A stretch of DNA of 55,518 nucleotides, filler included, from Circinaria calcarea (lineage: Eukaryota): assembly GCA_051942165.1 (NCBI GenBank). It is 5 parts of 5 records of this genome, joined end to end, with 100 filler letters (N's around TTAATTAATTAA, not from the genome) between each part and the next. Parts side by side here need not be neighbours in the genome. Positions count along the whole stretch, not along the records: positions 11,142 to 22,168 come from JAVECS010000725.1; positions 22,269 to 33,291 come from JAVECS010000726.1; 3 more parts are not named here. One strand, given 5' to 3'. Position 1 is the first letter of the stretch; each line of letters starts with the position of its first letter. Below are positions 13,325-27,621 of the stretch, in pieces. The notes below the pieces were generated by a model. That model was given only the letters and a program-made list of their open reading frames with translations, did no database searches and had not been told where the DNA came from. Position numbers and translations under genes: made by a program.

Positions 13325-14716
13325 GATGTGGCCTTACGGTTCGATAACCTTTTGTGATGGAAGAAGGGATACTTTCACAGCAGACCCATATTATCTTCTG
13401 CGGCTGTCCTGCTGTTATGATCCAGTGAGTGGAGGTGTAAATGTAGAATGGCAAATGGCAAAGCAAGGGTCAATACACGGCAGAGGGGATGTATTGAGTG
13501 TAACACCTGTGTGCATTCACTACCCTCAGATAGTTGTCATCAGCCTCCACAGTGCATCATGGAGTGGCAGAGTTACAATGCTTTGCTATGCCACGAAGAT
13601 TATGTCTCCGGTTTGCAATGCGACTCTAAAAGCTTACCTCACCGTGCTCACTTAGGAAGGGTGGAAGGCTTCGGTATATCGGAGGGACGGAGAGTAAAAG
13701 CGTCATCCCGCACCTAAGGCGACGGGCCTTTCTCAGCAAAGCCCACGTGCCATCATACCTATCCTGCTTGGATGCTACGCTCTCATCTTAGGCGGTTTGA
13801 AGAAATCAAGAGCGCAAGGCCGTTTTGGTGGGAGATGACGTTCTCTTATCGGAATTACATAGGACTGTCCATGTACTTTATTAGGTTTAATACTATCTAA
13901 AGAGCACAGCTCGGTTCCAGCATCTATTCCAACCCAATCAATGGGGAAGCTCCTCGGCACCAGTCCGAAGTATAGGAGATGAACCTATGTCCGCACACAA
14001 GCAGCCAGGCTTAAACCAGTCCGGAACTTGGTTGACCACGAGGGGGACCACAGATCCTCCTTCCAGGCTTCGCCACAGACAGAATCCAGAGTAGAGATCC
14101 ACCAAGTCCCTGATTGATTGTTCGCCGGCCACAACGCGGGAACACATTGAAGTAATCCTGTACTGCCCATGCGTCTGCGTCGCTGTCAACCATTTACGGT
14201 GAGGTACCAGCCAGCCATCGAGACTGGAATGGGTCGACAAGCAAGTCTGCAACGGCCAGAAGACTAGACTAGCCAATCCCCCTGAGCCTGCAGGCACCCG
14301 TTGAACGACGAACCCAAAACAAGATGCGTTTTTCCTTTCTCGGCCGTGAGGCCTCCCCCTTTCTCGTGTAATGCAGCAACGCGAAACCACCCAGTGATCG
14401 TATAAAGGGAAATATGACAGAGTCCTGACCGGCCGGTGCGCAATGCAGATGACACCAACAGCAACGCTCGCTAAAAGAACACAGTCCACAAAACAGTTGT
14501 TGAAGCGAAGAAAGGTATCCGGCTCAAAAGCATGTCGCGTAGATTATCGTAACGCCCGTCCAATATGCTGCAAATCGCACATCGCTTTCGGTTCCGTTTT
14601 CCTCCAAAGTGATGAAATCGTGTGCTGCGTCGACCTGAGAAAAATTTAAAGTGGCCACCCTTGTTGAAGCCTGAAGTCGGTAAAGTATCGTTATATCCCA
14701 AGTTCGTCAGCGTATC

Positions 14717-15754
14717 CTACATGGTAGTAGCGTACTGCGTAGTGTAGTCTTGGTAACGATCCCAGCCAAAGCCACCGAACCCAACACTTGTGCTGCACTG
14801 CTGCGCGAGCATACTCGGGAGGGGAAGCTGTGGTATGGGTGCGGATGTCATCGAAGCGCTGTAGTACTGAGGTGCACTATATGCTGCGGTGGTGTATGGC
14901 TGGCTATACGATGGTGCCGGCGAAGGTAGTTGAAGCTCGCCCAGACTCATGGTCGCCCACATTCCGGAGCTCGAATCCATCGACGATGTCGTACTGGGAC
15001 TAGATGGACCCATCTTCCAGGCGTCGGCTGGCATGGATTGTGGTAATGATGATTGCCACCAGCTCTCCGTACCTGTTGAGCTTGGAAGTATGGGAGCAGT
15101 CCGAACGACGTCAACGACTCTTGGTGGTGGAGGCAGCAGAGGAAGGAAAAGGCCCATGATGGCAGATTTGACTTCTTCGCCCCTCCCGCACAATAGCTCG
15201 CCAGCGCCGTCTTCTTCTAATCCTTCAAGGGCCATTGAATTGGTGCGATAAACATACTTGTTGGCAGCCTGTACAAAGTCTTCCTGCAGTTTCTTTAGCT
15301 GGACCTCCTTTTCGGACCAATTCCAAGTACTAGCTGACGTATCGACCGACCAAATGTCCTTGTGATACTCAACCAGCAGCTCTATCGTTTCGGGCGTGAG
15401 CTTGAAAGCGACCTCGTTCTGCGAGACCATGTCGACATGCACAACATAGGCTTCAATGTGAACAAGCTGGTAGTTGAAAAGAGCCTCAATCAGCGGATTC
15501 GAGTCTTTTCGTAATTCTGCATCGGGCGCTTTGGGTAGCATGATAGAACACAACGTCCATATTGCGGATGGCGAGGAAAGCGTCTCGGTCAAACACCGGT
15601 AGTGCTGCGGTACGCTGTTCAACGGCCTCTTTATTCGATTTATCCTCTTGAGCGTCGCAGTCAACCATGGATCAACCTTGGTATTGAGGACGACGTTGGG
15701 AGGCGATCGAGGCGCGAAGGCGGCGGCAGATGCCGGGAGTAAAATGGTGGGCAT
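14717..15754 (-). CDS. Conserved hypothetical Pezizomycotina protein (345 aa, single exon)
   Basis: Long clean ORF starting MPTILLPASAAAFAPRS, with a globular-looking middle (HIEAYVVHVDMVSQNEVAFKL) and a Ser/Pro-rich tail. Function unknown to me. Confidence 0.75.
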   Translation of the reverse strand: MPTILLPASAAAFAPRSPPNVVLNTKVDPWLTATLKRINRIKRPLNSVPQHYRCLTETLSSPSAIWTLCSIMLPKAPDAELRKDSNPLIEALFNYQLVHIEAYVVHVDMVSQNEVAFKLTPETIELLVEYHKDIWSVDTSASTWNWSEKEVQLKKLQEDFVQAANKYVYRTNSMALEGLEEDGAGELLCGRGEEVKSAIMGLFLPLLPPPPRVVDVVRTAPILPSSTGTESWWQSSLPQSMPADAWKMGPSSPSTTSSMDSSSGMWATMSLGELQLPSPAPSYSQPYTTAAYSAPQYYSASMTSAPIPQLPLPSMLAQQCSTSVGFGGFGWDRYQDYTTQYATTM

Positions 15755-18259
15755 TGTGAAAATTGGTGCGGGTACAGACGATTATATGCGACAGGTCATT
15801 GAGAGGATATAGTGGGTATAAAATATATGGAAGACGAGATGAGAGGGATGAATTCGGCAGTCACCAAACAAGAGAATAATGATGCAGGCCTGGATAAGTA
15901 GAGGTTAAAACGAGACGGTAGAATTAATAGTTTCCTAGGCGGGTAGAAAAGAGAAGGATGATGGTGATGGTGATGGTGTGGGTGGAGGAGGGTGCACAGA
16001 AAGGGTAACGAGGCAAATCCTTAGCAGCGGGGATGGGACTTTTCTTTATGTTCCCTCGCAGTCGGGTGGAATATGCACAGACGTGATTATGTCAGAGTCG
16101 AGGAGTCCCAGTCGGCGACTTAGTCTCCGCGAGAAAGACTTGCTACTGCCAGAACGGGGGAATGAGCCATGGGCAGTGAGTCGCCGTCTCTGCATTTCCT
16201 GCAACTCCCAGCTGGGATCTCATGCAGTGCGAGGGCGCTCAAAGGGCAAGCCTGCCGCGGACTGGCACTTGTGTCGCGCATCGAAGCTGACTTTTCCCAC
16301 TCGCCCTCGGTAAAACGCGGTCCCCGCGTACCGCAGTGCAAAATTCGTACCACTGGGCCGTATGCAGCTAGATGATCCAGGGTCGACTGTGCTCGATCAG
16401 GATCGCCATCGCCCTTCCAAAGGGTGGCGATGCTTTTGGTTCGCCATCCTGGAAGGTTCGCTGTCCCCTTTGGTGATTAAACAACACAGATAAACTTCTC
16501 CGCTACCTGACCCAGCAAAACGAGCACCGGTACCGCCAAGCGACGGAATTAGAAACAGTGCATCTCTGGGAAGACAACATCCGAATAACGTGGATTAGGT
16601 ATCCTCGAGGGCTGATCCAATGTTCCCCAAAATGTGGCGGTGCTCTCAACCTTACTTACGAGGGTACAACACGACGACTCGTAACTGCACCTTCCATAAG
16701 CCCTCTCGGATATGTGCATTCGCATAATCCATCCGGTTGTAGTAGTAGTGTATTCAGTATTGCATTGTCCCTCGTACTTGGAATGCATGAGGAATATGCG
16801 CGTCGCTGGCAGCAGGACCTAGCCCACCGGCGAAGTGATGACCATCCTCCACTTACGGGCGCGGATGAGCACGAGTTCTAAATTGTTGATACTCTCTCCC
16901 TCTTTCGTCTGCCGGTCTATTGGGAGGAAAACGCCGGCTTTGATACTGTATCGAGTTCAGATGTGCCCTAGCTTCCGCTATACTCAACTTTTCCCCTTGT
17001 CATCGGCGTGGAGAACGTGGTCAGGGCATGTATTGATGACCAGTCGATCTCTCCCGAGGTCGCGTCTAGTCGAGTCGGTCGCCAACCTCTGTGTCCCTCC
17101 TGTGCGTACATTCGCTGGCCGTGCTGGGAGTCGAAAGAGAAGCTTGCGTCGAAATCCCTGCTTCGGTTGGTGATTGGGTTGACTACTGAAGGCCAAGCTC
17201 CAAAGGATGAGTCCCGCCTATGCAGGATCATGTGATGGCCTCCTCCTGCCCTGATATTATGCAATGGTACTCCGTACGCGCCGGATCTGTCTTTTCTGTG
17301 ACGTCGCTCATCATGTTCTTCTTGTTCTATCGAAAACTCTTTAGATCTACCTTGGGTACGGAGTAGGAATGATCAAAATAGAATTTGCACATTGTCGCCG
17401 TTGGGTGAGCGGAGGCTGTGCTGAAGAGCTAATGGACGTGGCAGTGACCGAGTTGCAAATCTGACGGAGATGGCCGGTCTCTAGCGGCACCAGCCCATAT
17501 GGTATCGGGAAGACCCCGCGATTGGCATCGTTAATTCTCCATGATAGAGGACACGATAACCTTGATAACCTAATCTAGCCGCCCGAATATCTGACATATC
17601 TACCAGACTGTTGGGAAGAGACGTTCTAGAAGCTCGACTCATGTGGATCCATTGAGTTTCGGACGCGGAGTCGAAAGATCCGTTGCTGTGCAAGGCGTCC
17701 AGCCTAAGTTTCTTGCTGCAGAACGCCACGAACATCCCGAAGTCCCCGCTGTAGTATGTGCGATTCCGTTTCCAAATCGCGCAGATGCTGACCTTGCCAC
17801 CACTCTTACGACATCTACATGGGACCATACCACAGTACACATCGGAAGTCTCTTTTCCTGTTCCAGTAGGTATGCTTGGTCGAAGAACGCGGGCGGTTGT
17901 CGCTTGCTTACTAAGCAGTAAAAAACTTGAGAAGATTTCCGTTGTCCTCATCATTTCAGTCGAGGATCATGTTGAATACATCTAGTAGGTCTCCTCATGT
18001 ATATCTGAATGAAACATGGCACATTGTCAAACCATTATGAAACATCCCTGGTGCTATCCACCATCAGAGGGCACATAAGTGGAGCTACCGAAACCTCGAA
18101 AAGATGAGTCACAGAATGCAAGCTAAAGTATGGACACGAAGAAACACGAGATTCACGGTTCTACCGCGACAGCTTTGAAGGCGTGTACCACTAACTCGTG
18201 GTCCTGAAACGCGATTTAAAACGCGGTGGTGCTCTAAAGACTCAACGTTAGATAATAGA

Positions 18260-19854
18260 TCAGTATACACCCGGTAGAATCCGCCAGGGCACTTTCTTCC
18301 TGTACACCTCCCAGTCTTTGCCGTACTTCCTCATACATTTCTCTTCATCCCTCATTTCCCTATGTATCAACAAGACGGCAAAGTATAGGACATAGAAATA
18401 TGTAAATGCCATACCCCACCCCCGAGCCTCTCCTTGCACCACCTCGGTCTTTATCGGTGCTTCCCCACTGAAGCTGCCATCTGCAGGTGACTGACCATCG
18501 TTGATTGGCGCTAAAGAGCTGTGCTGAATCAAATACCCGGCGATACCGGTAGGGAGACAATACGACCATGCCATAATCCAATCCCCAAGGTAATTGATGT
18601 GCCTGGCGGTGCCCCACCATCCAGAGGTCAGCAGCTTACTTCCAGATGCTGTCTCCATGTATTGCAGGTGTGCGATTCTTGGATCGCTGGGATCTGTTCG
18701 AAAGCGATTCTTTTCGTTATTCGCGCTTCGGAAAATGTAGTAGCCAAATCCCTGGACAGCAAGGACACCTACAATTCCCAAGGCGCCGAGATGAACCGGA
18801 TACACTGCTAGATACCGCGCTTGCAGCGAATAGATGAATGGGAGCCATACAAGGTCACCAAATGCCAGCATGAATCCAAAGCCGTCGGTAGTGATATCCA
18901 TTGTAGTCAAAATCGCAGGCTCCATCCACAAAGCGTCAAAGACATATAGCGCCTGGAAGCCGGTGATCAAAAGCATGCTGTCGCTGATATGTCCATACAT
19001 CTTGTACTGATGTGCCATGAATGCAAGGTCGAGTAAAATCCAACCAAGCATACCTGGTCGGAGCTCACAAAAGGCTTTGATGTCAATAGTCCCCAAGAAT
19101 GGAAGGGTAACGCGAGGATTGAGCTCCCGTCCGATGAACCAGTCATACACGAGGTTACCGGAGTGTCCGCCAGCAGCCAGCTCACGGTGATCTGCATCCC
19201 CAGCTTTGACAGAGAAGCTTCGAGAGTAAACAAAACAAGCTAGAAAAAAAGAAATACCAAGGTTGGCAGTGATCAACTGAGTGTAATTATCCCAGATAAA
19301 CGTCCACAACGGAAAGTCGGGTCCTTGTAAAAGCGTTCCAGCAAGAGCGACAGCCATGATTACAACTGCGGAGTTGAAGGCTGCAAGAATAAGAGACCAT
19401 TTCCGTGATGCAAGGTCATGTCTCAACATACCATTGAATTTATAATCCAGCCTTCCGCCTGATCTAAGCTTCACGCCCCGGCTTTCCACGCCTGGAAGCA
19501 AAGCCTGAAGGACTAGACTCAATAAGTAATATGCGAGCACCCAACCTGTAACCTTCAAACTCCCCAAGCCCAAGATTCCCGGCCATCTAGTTTCTGCCTT
19601 CAACTTCGCCAATGAGAGAGTTGACGGATGTAGAGCTGAAGGGATAGGGCATCCGGACACATCGTTACAGAGGAAGCTACTTAAATAGCAAATCAACGGC
19701 AGACCAAAAGAGACTGCGAACGCTCCAAGTCTATAGATGCACATTAGTGAATGTAGAGTTATTTATCTTTTCTCGACCAAACCTACGGGCCTCCAAACTC
19801 ATAGCCATGAGAGGGCTCCGCTGGAAGCACCGACTTGCGCTCACTCTTGGACAT
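18260..19854 (-). CDS. ERG24: Delta14-sterol reductase (ERG4/ERG24 family)
   Basis: First exon MSKSERK...YEFGGP, then YDWFIGRELNPR, DIKAFCELRPG, MDITTDGFGFMLAFGDL, GWWGTARHINYLGDW, RDEEKCMRKYGKDW. Confidence 0.93.
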
Positions 19855-20227
19855 TACTGCTGAGATGTACCTAGGTGCTAGCTGTCAAACCAATGTATTG
19901 TAAAAATGATCTGACAGTTGCGGTTTGACCGTTGAGTTTGATCGTCGTAGAGACCCAAGACTTTCTCGGAAGCCCTAAAATTGAAGTAAGTCGATGATGC
20001 TGGGTGGCTGCATGGACAATTTAATTGTGCAGGGCCCGAGCTTTCTATACCCATGTATAATTTGTGCTTACCATAAATCCGTCATACGTTGCAGCTTATG
20101 AGTAGTAGCAGCTTCCGAGTATCTTCTCTAGAGATTCCCGCTATCTACAACCATTTTCTACATTTTCAATGAAGCAGCTTTCAATCATTTCTTCCGACTT
20201 TCTTTCTTAAAACCTTCTCCAGTAACC

Positions 20228-21644
20228 ATGCGAATCTCCAGCGCTCCAGTCCTTACAGCCATTCTCTTCACCCTCACCACACAGGCAGCAGAGTCCAAAA
20301 CCCCAAAACCCCCCAAACCCTGTACAATTACTTCGTCAGCAAGCGGATCCTTCTTTGACCTCAACGCCATTACTGTTGTACCTTTAGAAGACCGCAAAAA
20401 ATCAGATGAGGATGACAGGAAAGAAAGTTGGCATGCGAAGGGATACGATTATGGGGCAAACTTCACCTTGAACTTTTGCGCTCCTGTGATTGAAAACTTG
20501 ACAGATGTAGTAAGGGTGGATGAGAAACGGTGGGGAAATGTCAGTGCATATTACGTCAAAGGGGGAAAGACATATTCGATAGGGTAGGTAGCGCTCTGTC
20601 TAAATCTTCGATTATACTCCCATCAGATTCCGGCGAGAATGATATCTTGTATTCCGGTGGCTTCACTGACAGAGTCTTTTCTCCTTAGACAAGAATCGTC
20701 CGAACTGGTTTTTCGCGGCCGCAAGCTTGTCATGAACTACACCGAAGGGTCACCCTGTGACGACTCAACAAAACGTCGTCGCGGAATCATTGACGACGAC
20801 GATGATGATGACGATGATGACGGTGACGGTGACGATGACGGTGACGATAATCACGGTAAGAAAGGCCACAAGTCACCATCAAAAGGCTCAGGACCGTCAC
20901 GTCGGAAATCGACCATCATCTCCCTCCTTTGTGATCGAGATCCGTTGGCCAGCAAAGCGTCCATAGCTTTTGTAGGCGCAAGCCCAGATGAATGTACATA
21001 CTTTTTTGAAGTCCGATCAGCAGCAGCGTGCGGGGGAATCAGTCAAGAAACTCAATCCGTTGGGCCTGGTGGAGTATTTGGTATAATGTGAGCATACCAT
21101 GGAGATAGACGCAGGCTAGCATTCAGAACCTAAGCTAATCTACGAACAGACTCCTGATTGCCGCGGCCGTATATTTGTTTGGAGGCATCGCATACCAACG
21201 TACGGTCATGCATCAAAGAGGATGGAGGCAATTACCAAATTACAATATCTGGGCCGGCATGGCTAGCTTTGCAAAAGTGAGTGTATCCAAATGGTTTCGT
21301 TCTTTTACTGTTCGAGGGCAAAAGAAAGGACGTTTCACGGATAGCAGTTCATTTGCTTCCAAGTATTCTGTATAATAAAAAGAACTCTCGAATTTTTAAG
21401 GACCGTCGATTTTCTAGCCCTTTATCGAGCCTCTTTCCCTTCATCTCCCATGTAACTAACCTCTACTCCAACTATCAAGGATATCCTCATCATCGCCACC
21501 TCTTCCTGCGCCCGCTGCCTTCCGTCCCGGAAAGGCAACAACCAACTCCCCATGCACAGCGACAGCCGTGGCAGCGGTCGAGGTTCTCGCGCCGAAGACG
21601 AGAACCGGCTAATTGATCAGTTGGATGAAGAATGGGATGATTGA
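20228..21644 (+). CDS. MRL1: Mannose-6-phosphate receptor-like protein (type I membrane, vacuolar sorting)
   Basis: Signal peptide, WHAKGYDYGANFTLNFCAPV, FRGRKLVMNYTEGSPC, CTYFFEVRSAAAC, TM followed by YQRTVMHQRGWRQLPNY, C-terminus ENRLIDQLDEEWDD*. Confidence 0.88.
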
Positions 21645-22168
21645 TCGTGTACGGAGTTTTGAAGGGTTTGTTCTCAGGCAAGAATTGGGGGCGGGGGAAT
21701 GTAACTTCATCTCCGGGGCGTTTTCCAAACGTGGTAAAGAGTACCAACATCGGCATTTGCGAAACACGGTGATGTCAGTTCGGCCTGGTCCCAGCTGGCA
21801 CAACGGTTCCTGGATCGGGAAAGTGTTCTCCTGGTTTGCATGAGCATGTCAGGCACAAGGCTGTGAGGCAGAAATGATCCCCCGAGATCCGAAAGCTGCA
21901 TTTGCTGTGCCATGTGCTGATGAAACCCCATGTGCTGGAGATGCGTTCCTATCGGGTTCTCCCCACGCCCCGAACATACTCCTATTTGCTGTCCCGTTAA
22001 AGGCACTCGCCACTCTTTCTTAAAAGGTACCTCTACTGAAATGCACACGCAATTTCCTCCACGCCTCATTCCCACCTCCGGCCCCCCCCCCATCCCAACA
22101 ACCTTTTTCGATTTTGTTTTCACAAAATAAAAATAAAATCCTAATTCGCGCACCATCTAATCTCTCTC

Positions 22169-22268
22169 NNNNNNNNNNNNNNNNNNNNNNNNNNNNNNNN
22201 NNNNNNNNNNNNTTAATTAATTAANNNNNNNNNNNNNNNNNNNNNNNNNNNNNNNNNNNNNNNNNNNN
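22169..22268. other. Artificial contig linker
   Basis: N44-TTAATTAATTAA-N44. Confidence 0.98.
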
Positions 22269-22863
22269 GGGGGGGGGGCGTTTCCTAGATAAAAAGGTTC
22301 CTACTTGCCTCTCTCCGCAAACCGCTCTCCGACCACGTTGAATTATAAAACCCGCTCCCCTCGTACTGTTAGCGGTAGTCTTGTGGTTGACGGCAAGGCA
22401 ATCGAAATACTGCGCCTGGCACTTTGATCATCATCGCACTCTCCTGGCTACCACTTCCGCAACCGGATTCGTACGTGGGCGCAGGAGCAGTGGATGTACA
22501 GTTGCTTGCAGGACAATGTTGATGACTCTGTAGAATCTGTCAGGGTTGTTCCCTTGGTAGTCGAGTTCATTGAAAGTGAGCTGTAGCCGGGAGAGCTCTT
22601 TGACGCACTAAGCCTGCTAAGATTTAATACAACGCCTGTAGCTTCAGGGACTCGGAGAAAATCTTGTAGATGGTGACAGCGTAGACGCGATAGGGCTGTG
22701 CGCGCATCTATGCTCATCCATCTTCATCGCTAATCTGAGATTTCCGTCGGATGTACGCAATCCAAGCGCTCGACGAACCGGGTTTCAAGTTGAAATGGTC
22801 CACCTGAACCTGGATAAATAGACACGGTGGAGAGTAGATATGCCGAGACTCGACAGTAACTAG

Positions 22864-25021
22864 TTAGCTGGTCCACGCGAGCCAAATGTACCACGGTATC
22901 GCGACCACGGCAACTATCGAGAAGCCTTGCCGGATCTCATGCCATGCTCCAGGCAGTCCTTTTCGACCTCCACGCTGAGATTCCTCGTCGTGCACTGTCC
23001 TACTCTGTCGCTGATGTCGGCCATGTGTAGCTTTGTCGAGGCGTAAATCACCTCCGCCTGCTTTCTCGCTCATTGGTGTTCCATGATCACAAACAGCACT
23101 CGAGCTTCGCGGACGACTGCCACTCCATCTTATTGCCAAACTCTTCGGAGCTTGCTGTTCTGATATGTTTGCGCTTGAGCTGCTGTACAGCGACTCTTCG
23201 GAATCCATCTCATATCTCTTGGCGCTCACACTTGGTGATCTGTCAGGACGCAGGATATGACCGTTGACTTTATCCAGCTCGTTTGGACGGTGCCAAAGCT
23301 GCACCAGGGCTTGAATGACCAGTACCATAATCGTCAGTCCAAGCAAAACGCCATACCGAATGAATATTTCGAGCTGGTCGGGTAACAGACACAGATGACT
23401 GTTCAGGGTGGTAGTTCGAACTCCCCCTTTGCTTGCATCTTCCTTGCCACGAGACATGTTGATAGAGTGGCCTGATTCATCAATTGGATTCCAAAGACTT
23501 AACATCAGAAACCCAGGTTTTCTCACTCCCATAGCCCAGGATATAGACTTCACCGTTATTTCACGAACACCGCCGCCCCTCGAGGTAAAGCCCCGATGGA
23601 CAACCTCGCAGTAGTCATGGTCATCCCCAGAGAAGACAAATTCAACTTTCCCTATCTTTTCAATGAGATCGTTGGAGATGTCTGGCTGCAATACATTCTG
23701 GTATTGATAACCTGCAGCTACCTGTATAGCATTCGCGTCGTCCTTGTGGAGGAATTCCTCCGTCCCATCCGTTTTTTGCGAGGGTGGCCATCGCTCACGG
23801 AGAGGACCGCATGGAGTTCCTGGAGGTCTATAGAGGGGAACATGCGTTAGGAGGATAGTTGGTAGCTCTGCAGATGAGCTGTTGACTGAATTCAGGGCGG
23901 GCGGAATTTGCCCGTTTAGATCCAGGACAGTATGGTCTTCGCGTAGATTTTCATCCCTACCACTCATCAGGCGAAGAACACGGTCCACTGCTTTTGCTTT
24001 CTTGTCTTTAACAGACGATAGAAACTCCTCAGTATCTCCCCAAATCTCGACACCTGCCTGTTGATGACCATCATGAGCCGGACCGACTACTTGGGTATCA
24101 GTTTGACCCTTGGCACTCAGTGAGACCGTATCAATTGACACAAATGTATGATTAGCAATGACATCCACACGGTCGCCAACCCCAAAAAAGGTATGGAATC
24201 TCTGTCGAACGGGTAGACGTATGCCATTGCCCAGGCCAAGATCGTGATTGCCTGGGAGGCTTGCAATGATTTTACGATCCTTTCTAAGCCGTCTCTTCTG
24301 GGAGGGCCGCTGATTCCATCTGTCTAAGAAAATACGCCCGAACCGATCATACTCTTGCAGCCAGTATTTTTTACCGTATCCCTTCCAACGCTTATCAGGA
24401 CTGTAGTTACTTCCCGCCGCCCATTCTCTCCCTCCGTCAAATAAGTCGCCGAGGAAATAGACAGTGCTCGGATCAAGTATCGATTGTAGGTATGAGAATG
24501 ATCGTCGAAGGTAGAGATCGGTATGACGAGTCGTCAAAGTTGATAACGGCCAAGGGCGTCCGGGATAAGTGTGAGGGTCAACCAGCTGAGGGTCTGCAAT
24601 CAGAACGACATGATGTGGCGCTGCTTCGCTCGGCTGTACATATCGTTAGCAAGGGCTCCGTAATGTGCCTTTGTAGACCGTCAAGTCGACCAACCCATTG
24701 CTCCCACGTATTCCAATCGCAATGAGAGATGCTGGCCGAGAATGCTCCCCTCTCGCCCCACCACAACACGACTATCCATATAATAATCAAGCCTATATGT
24801 GTTTTGGAAGGCAGCTTCCCCGGCCAAATGCTTTGCGCGTGTGATGCGGGTTTTGTGTATTTCTGATCCTCATCCCAGTCCGATGAACTATGTTGCGGGC
24901 GTATAATACTCAATACTTTATGGGAAAGTCCTTCGTAAAGGAACTCGACAGCGCCTGGCGATTCATCACCCGTTCGAGGGAAGGGTTGCTGCGAGTTCGA
25001 AGAAGAATAGTCTGTCATCAT
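22864..25021 (-). CDS. CDC1: Cdc1/MPPE1-type calcineurin-like metallophosphoesterase (GPI remodelling)
   Basis: IADPQLVDPHTYPGRP, FLGDLFDGGREW, LPGNHDLG, LTHVPLY, FSGDDHDYC. N- and C-terminal TM helices. One intron near 24630-24695. Start codon uncertain. Confidence 0.85.
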
Positions 25022-25511
25022 AGGTCAAGGAACATGGTGAGACGCAACAGCCGCCTGCTACAGTTGCATAAGAGTAGGACTGGATAGATAGAGGCGGTCA
25101 CACATCCGCAGAGTTTCTTTTGATTGAGAAGTACATGTAGCAGCTGCCGGCGACTACGGTGAAATCGTGGTGCCCGTGCACTGCAGAGGCGACGCTGAAC
25201 CGGAGATGCCAAAGATCGGCTACAGCTTATCTAATCCCTGCTACTCCGTACCATACGACATCCCATCTGCCAGTGCCGTCATTCCCAGCGTCTCATCAAA
25301 CTTCTTTTAAACGGCCCAAAGAAAATCTTTCATCAGACCATCGACTACCATGATATACCCATACCATTATCCAAGCCAAGTGCCTGTCCTCTTCCGTCAA
25401 TAGGTCCACACGCTGCAGTCTACACTGTGGCACAACTGCTCGGTACACTCACATACCTGCCATTCACGCAAAAACAAACAGCGCGTTTTTGCCTTTGTCT
25501 CCATCATCACA

Positions 25512-27452
25512 ATGGCGTTATCAAAATCAACGCGGATCATAATATTGCTGGTGATAGACACGGCGTTCTTCCTGGTGGAACTTGTTATTGGTATGCGCGA
25601 GCATTTGGCCAAGCAGTAGACCGTGTAGCTGACTTTGAGCGTATTTAGGGTATGCTGTTAACTCTCTTGCATTGGTGGCGGATTCTTTCCATATGGTATG
25701 TAAGTCACTCTCTAGGATGAAGTCAATGCTCAATGGGTTTTGTGATAGTTAAACGATGTCCTCTCGCTTTGCGTTGGATTATGGGCGGTCAAGGTAGCCA
25801 ACCAGAAGACCAGTTCGACGTACACATATGGGGTAATGAGTCCTCAACGCCTGCTGCCAGTTGGATAATGCTAACTCTTGGACAAGTGGCAACGCGCTGA
25901 AACTTTAGGGGCTCTTCTGAATGGAGTGTTCCTCGTAGCGCTATGTCTTTCCATCTTTCTCGAAGCCATACAACGACTTGTGGAACCCCAAATTGTTACC
26001 AATCCACGGCTTGTTTTGATTGTTGGTTGCCTCGGCCTTGCGTCAAACATACTTGGCCTGTTCCTTTTTCATGAGCATGGGCATAGCCATGGGGGTGGTC
26101 ACAGTCATGGTGGAGTTGATGAAGTCTCTGCAGCGGAACGAGGTCATGGGCATGATGCAGCAAGTGAAGTTGCAAATGAACGGGGGAATATTGCGAATGT
26201 CTTACCACAGACTACTATAGGTGGATGGCCTAACTCATCTACAACTACAGCGGACTCTATGCTGCACTCTGTGTTGCACTCTGGGGCGAACGGCAAAGCT
26301 TCCGGGGAATTTTCCAAGAGTGACGAGGACGACTCAACCGCTGCAGATTCCCCCTCTCCATTATCTCAAAGAAAGTCCAACAATAGCAGCTCCAACAAGC
26401 GCCATCGACGTCACACGAGTGGATCAAGGTCAAGATTTGCAAGTGTAGATGATATTCACATTCATCCTGCAAGCTTCAGAAATGATATCATTGCAGCAAG
26501 TAGGCTAGGTGATATTGAATCGGCGCCAGGGACAGATTCAGAAGGCGAAAATGCTGTTGAAGAGGAGCCAGGTTCAAGGGAGGAGTCACCCCTGCGAGAC
26601 CACGCCAGGAATTATGGAACCACGAAGCAAGATGGCGGTGATCATCATGATGACCGTCCCAGCAAGCAACATGCCTCCTGGCATCATGGCCATAATCACA
26701 GCCAACCAAAGACCACCGAAGGTGGTGGAGGCCACTCACATGGAGACTTAAACATGCAAAGCGTCTTCCTCCATGTTATGGGAGATGCTCTTGGGAATAT
26801 CGGCGTCATTGCGTCAGCTCTGATAATCTGGCTCACGCATTATTCTTGGAGATTTTACTTCGACCCGGCCATCTCTCTCTTCATCACCGTCATTATCCTT
26901 GGGTCGGCCATCCCTCTCTGTAGAGCAGCATCAAGAATCCTTCTCCAAGCTGTACCCGTAGGCATCAGTATCGACGAGATTACCGAGGACATTAGACGGC
27001 TGCCGGGAATTCTAAGCTGCCACCACGTGCACGTTTGGCAGCTTAGCGATACAAAGCTGGTCGCGTCGCTTCACGTCAAAGTCGAATACGACTTCAAAGG
27101 CGAGGGATCAGCAAGGTATATGCAACTCGCTCACGCAATCCGGCACTGCCTCCACGAGTATGGAATCCACTCATCGACCATTCAACCCGAATTTTGCCTC
27201 GATAGCGAACATCGCCACACGCTGACAGCCGGATCGGACGGCGAGGATGCTTCTCGAAGGCAAACCGATAGTAGCGGGAGCCGCAGCGGCGGCGGCCTGA
27301 CCCCGAAGGCCATGAGCAAGTCGGGCAGCAAGGCGGCCAGTATGCGCAGCGAGGCGGACGCCTGTCTGTTGGATTGCGGGGATCGCTGCGCGAATAACAA
27401 ACAATGCTGTTCATCGGGCGCAGATGCGGATGGAAGCCATGAGCATCATTGA
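25512..27452 (+). CDS. ZRC1: Cation diffusion facilitator Zn/Co transporter (Zrc1/Cot1 type)
   Basis: MALSKSTRIIILL..FFLVELVIG|YAVNSLALVADSFHM|LNDV..TYG|WQRAETLGALLNGVFL, His-rich loops, NMQSVFLHVMGDALGN, HHVHVWQL, GIHSSTIQPEF. Confidence 0.93.
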
Positions 27453-27575
27453 TAGGGAACTTGATGATTTACGCTTGAAGAAAACGGGTGGGAGCGTGTA
27501 AGGATGACGTGGCTCGTTGAGGCCATCAGCGTGATGAGCACGTTGAATTGTTTTGAAAAGTTGCGGGTTTAGCTT

Positions 27576-27621
27576 CATGCTGTCATGCTGTCATGCTGTC
27601 ATGCTGCCATGCTGCCATGCT
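27576..27621 (+). repeat. 8-bp microsatellite (CATGCTG[T/C]) x ~6
   Basis: Directly visible downstream of the Zn transporter stop codon. Confidence 0.85.

Noticed and set aside
13325..14716. ORFs 13323-13655 and 13938-14489
   Set aside because: Random-like composition. They lie between the DUF3074 start and the 3' end of the neighbouring gene.
15755..18259. Numerous 60-157-aa ORFs in the long intergenic region
   Set aside because: Overlapping on both strands, no domain motifs and no convincing splice model. Probably promoter/UTR sequence.
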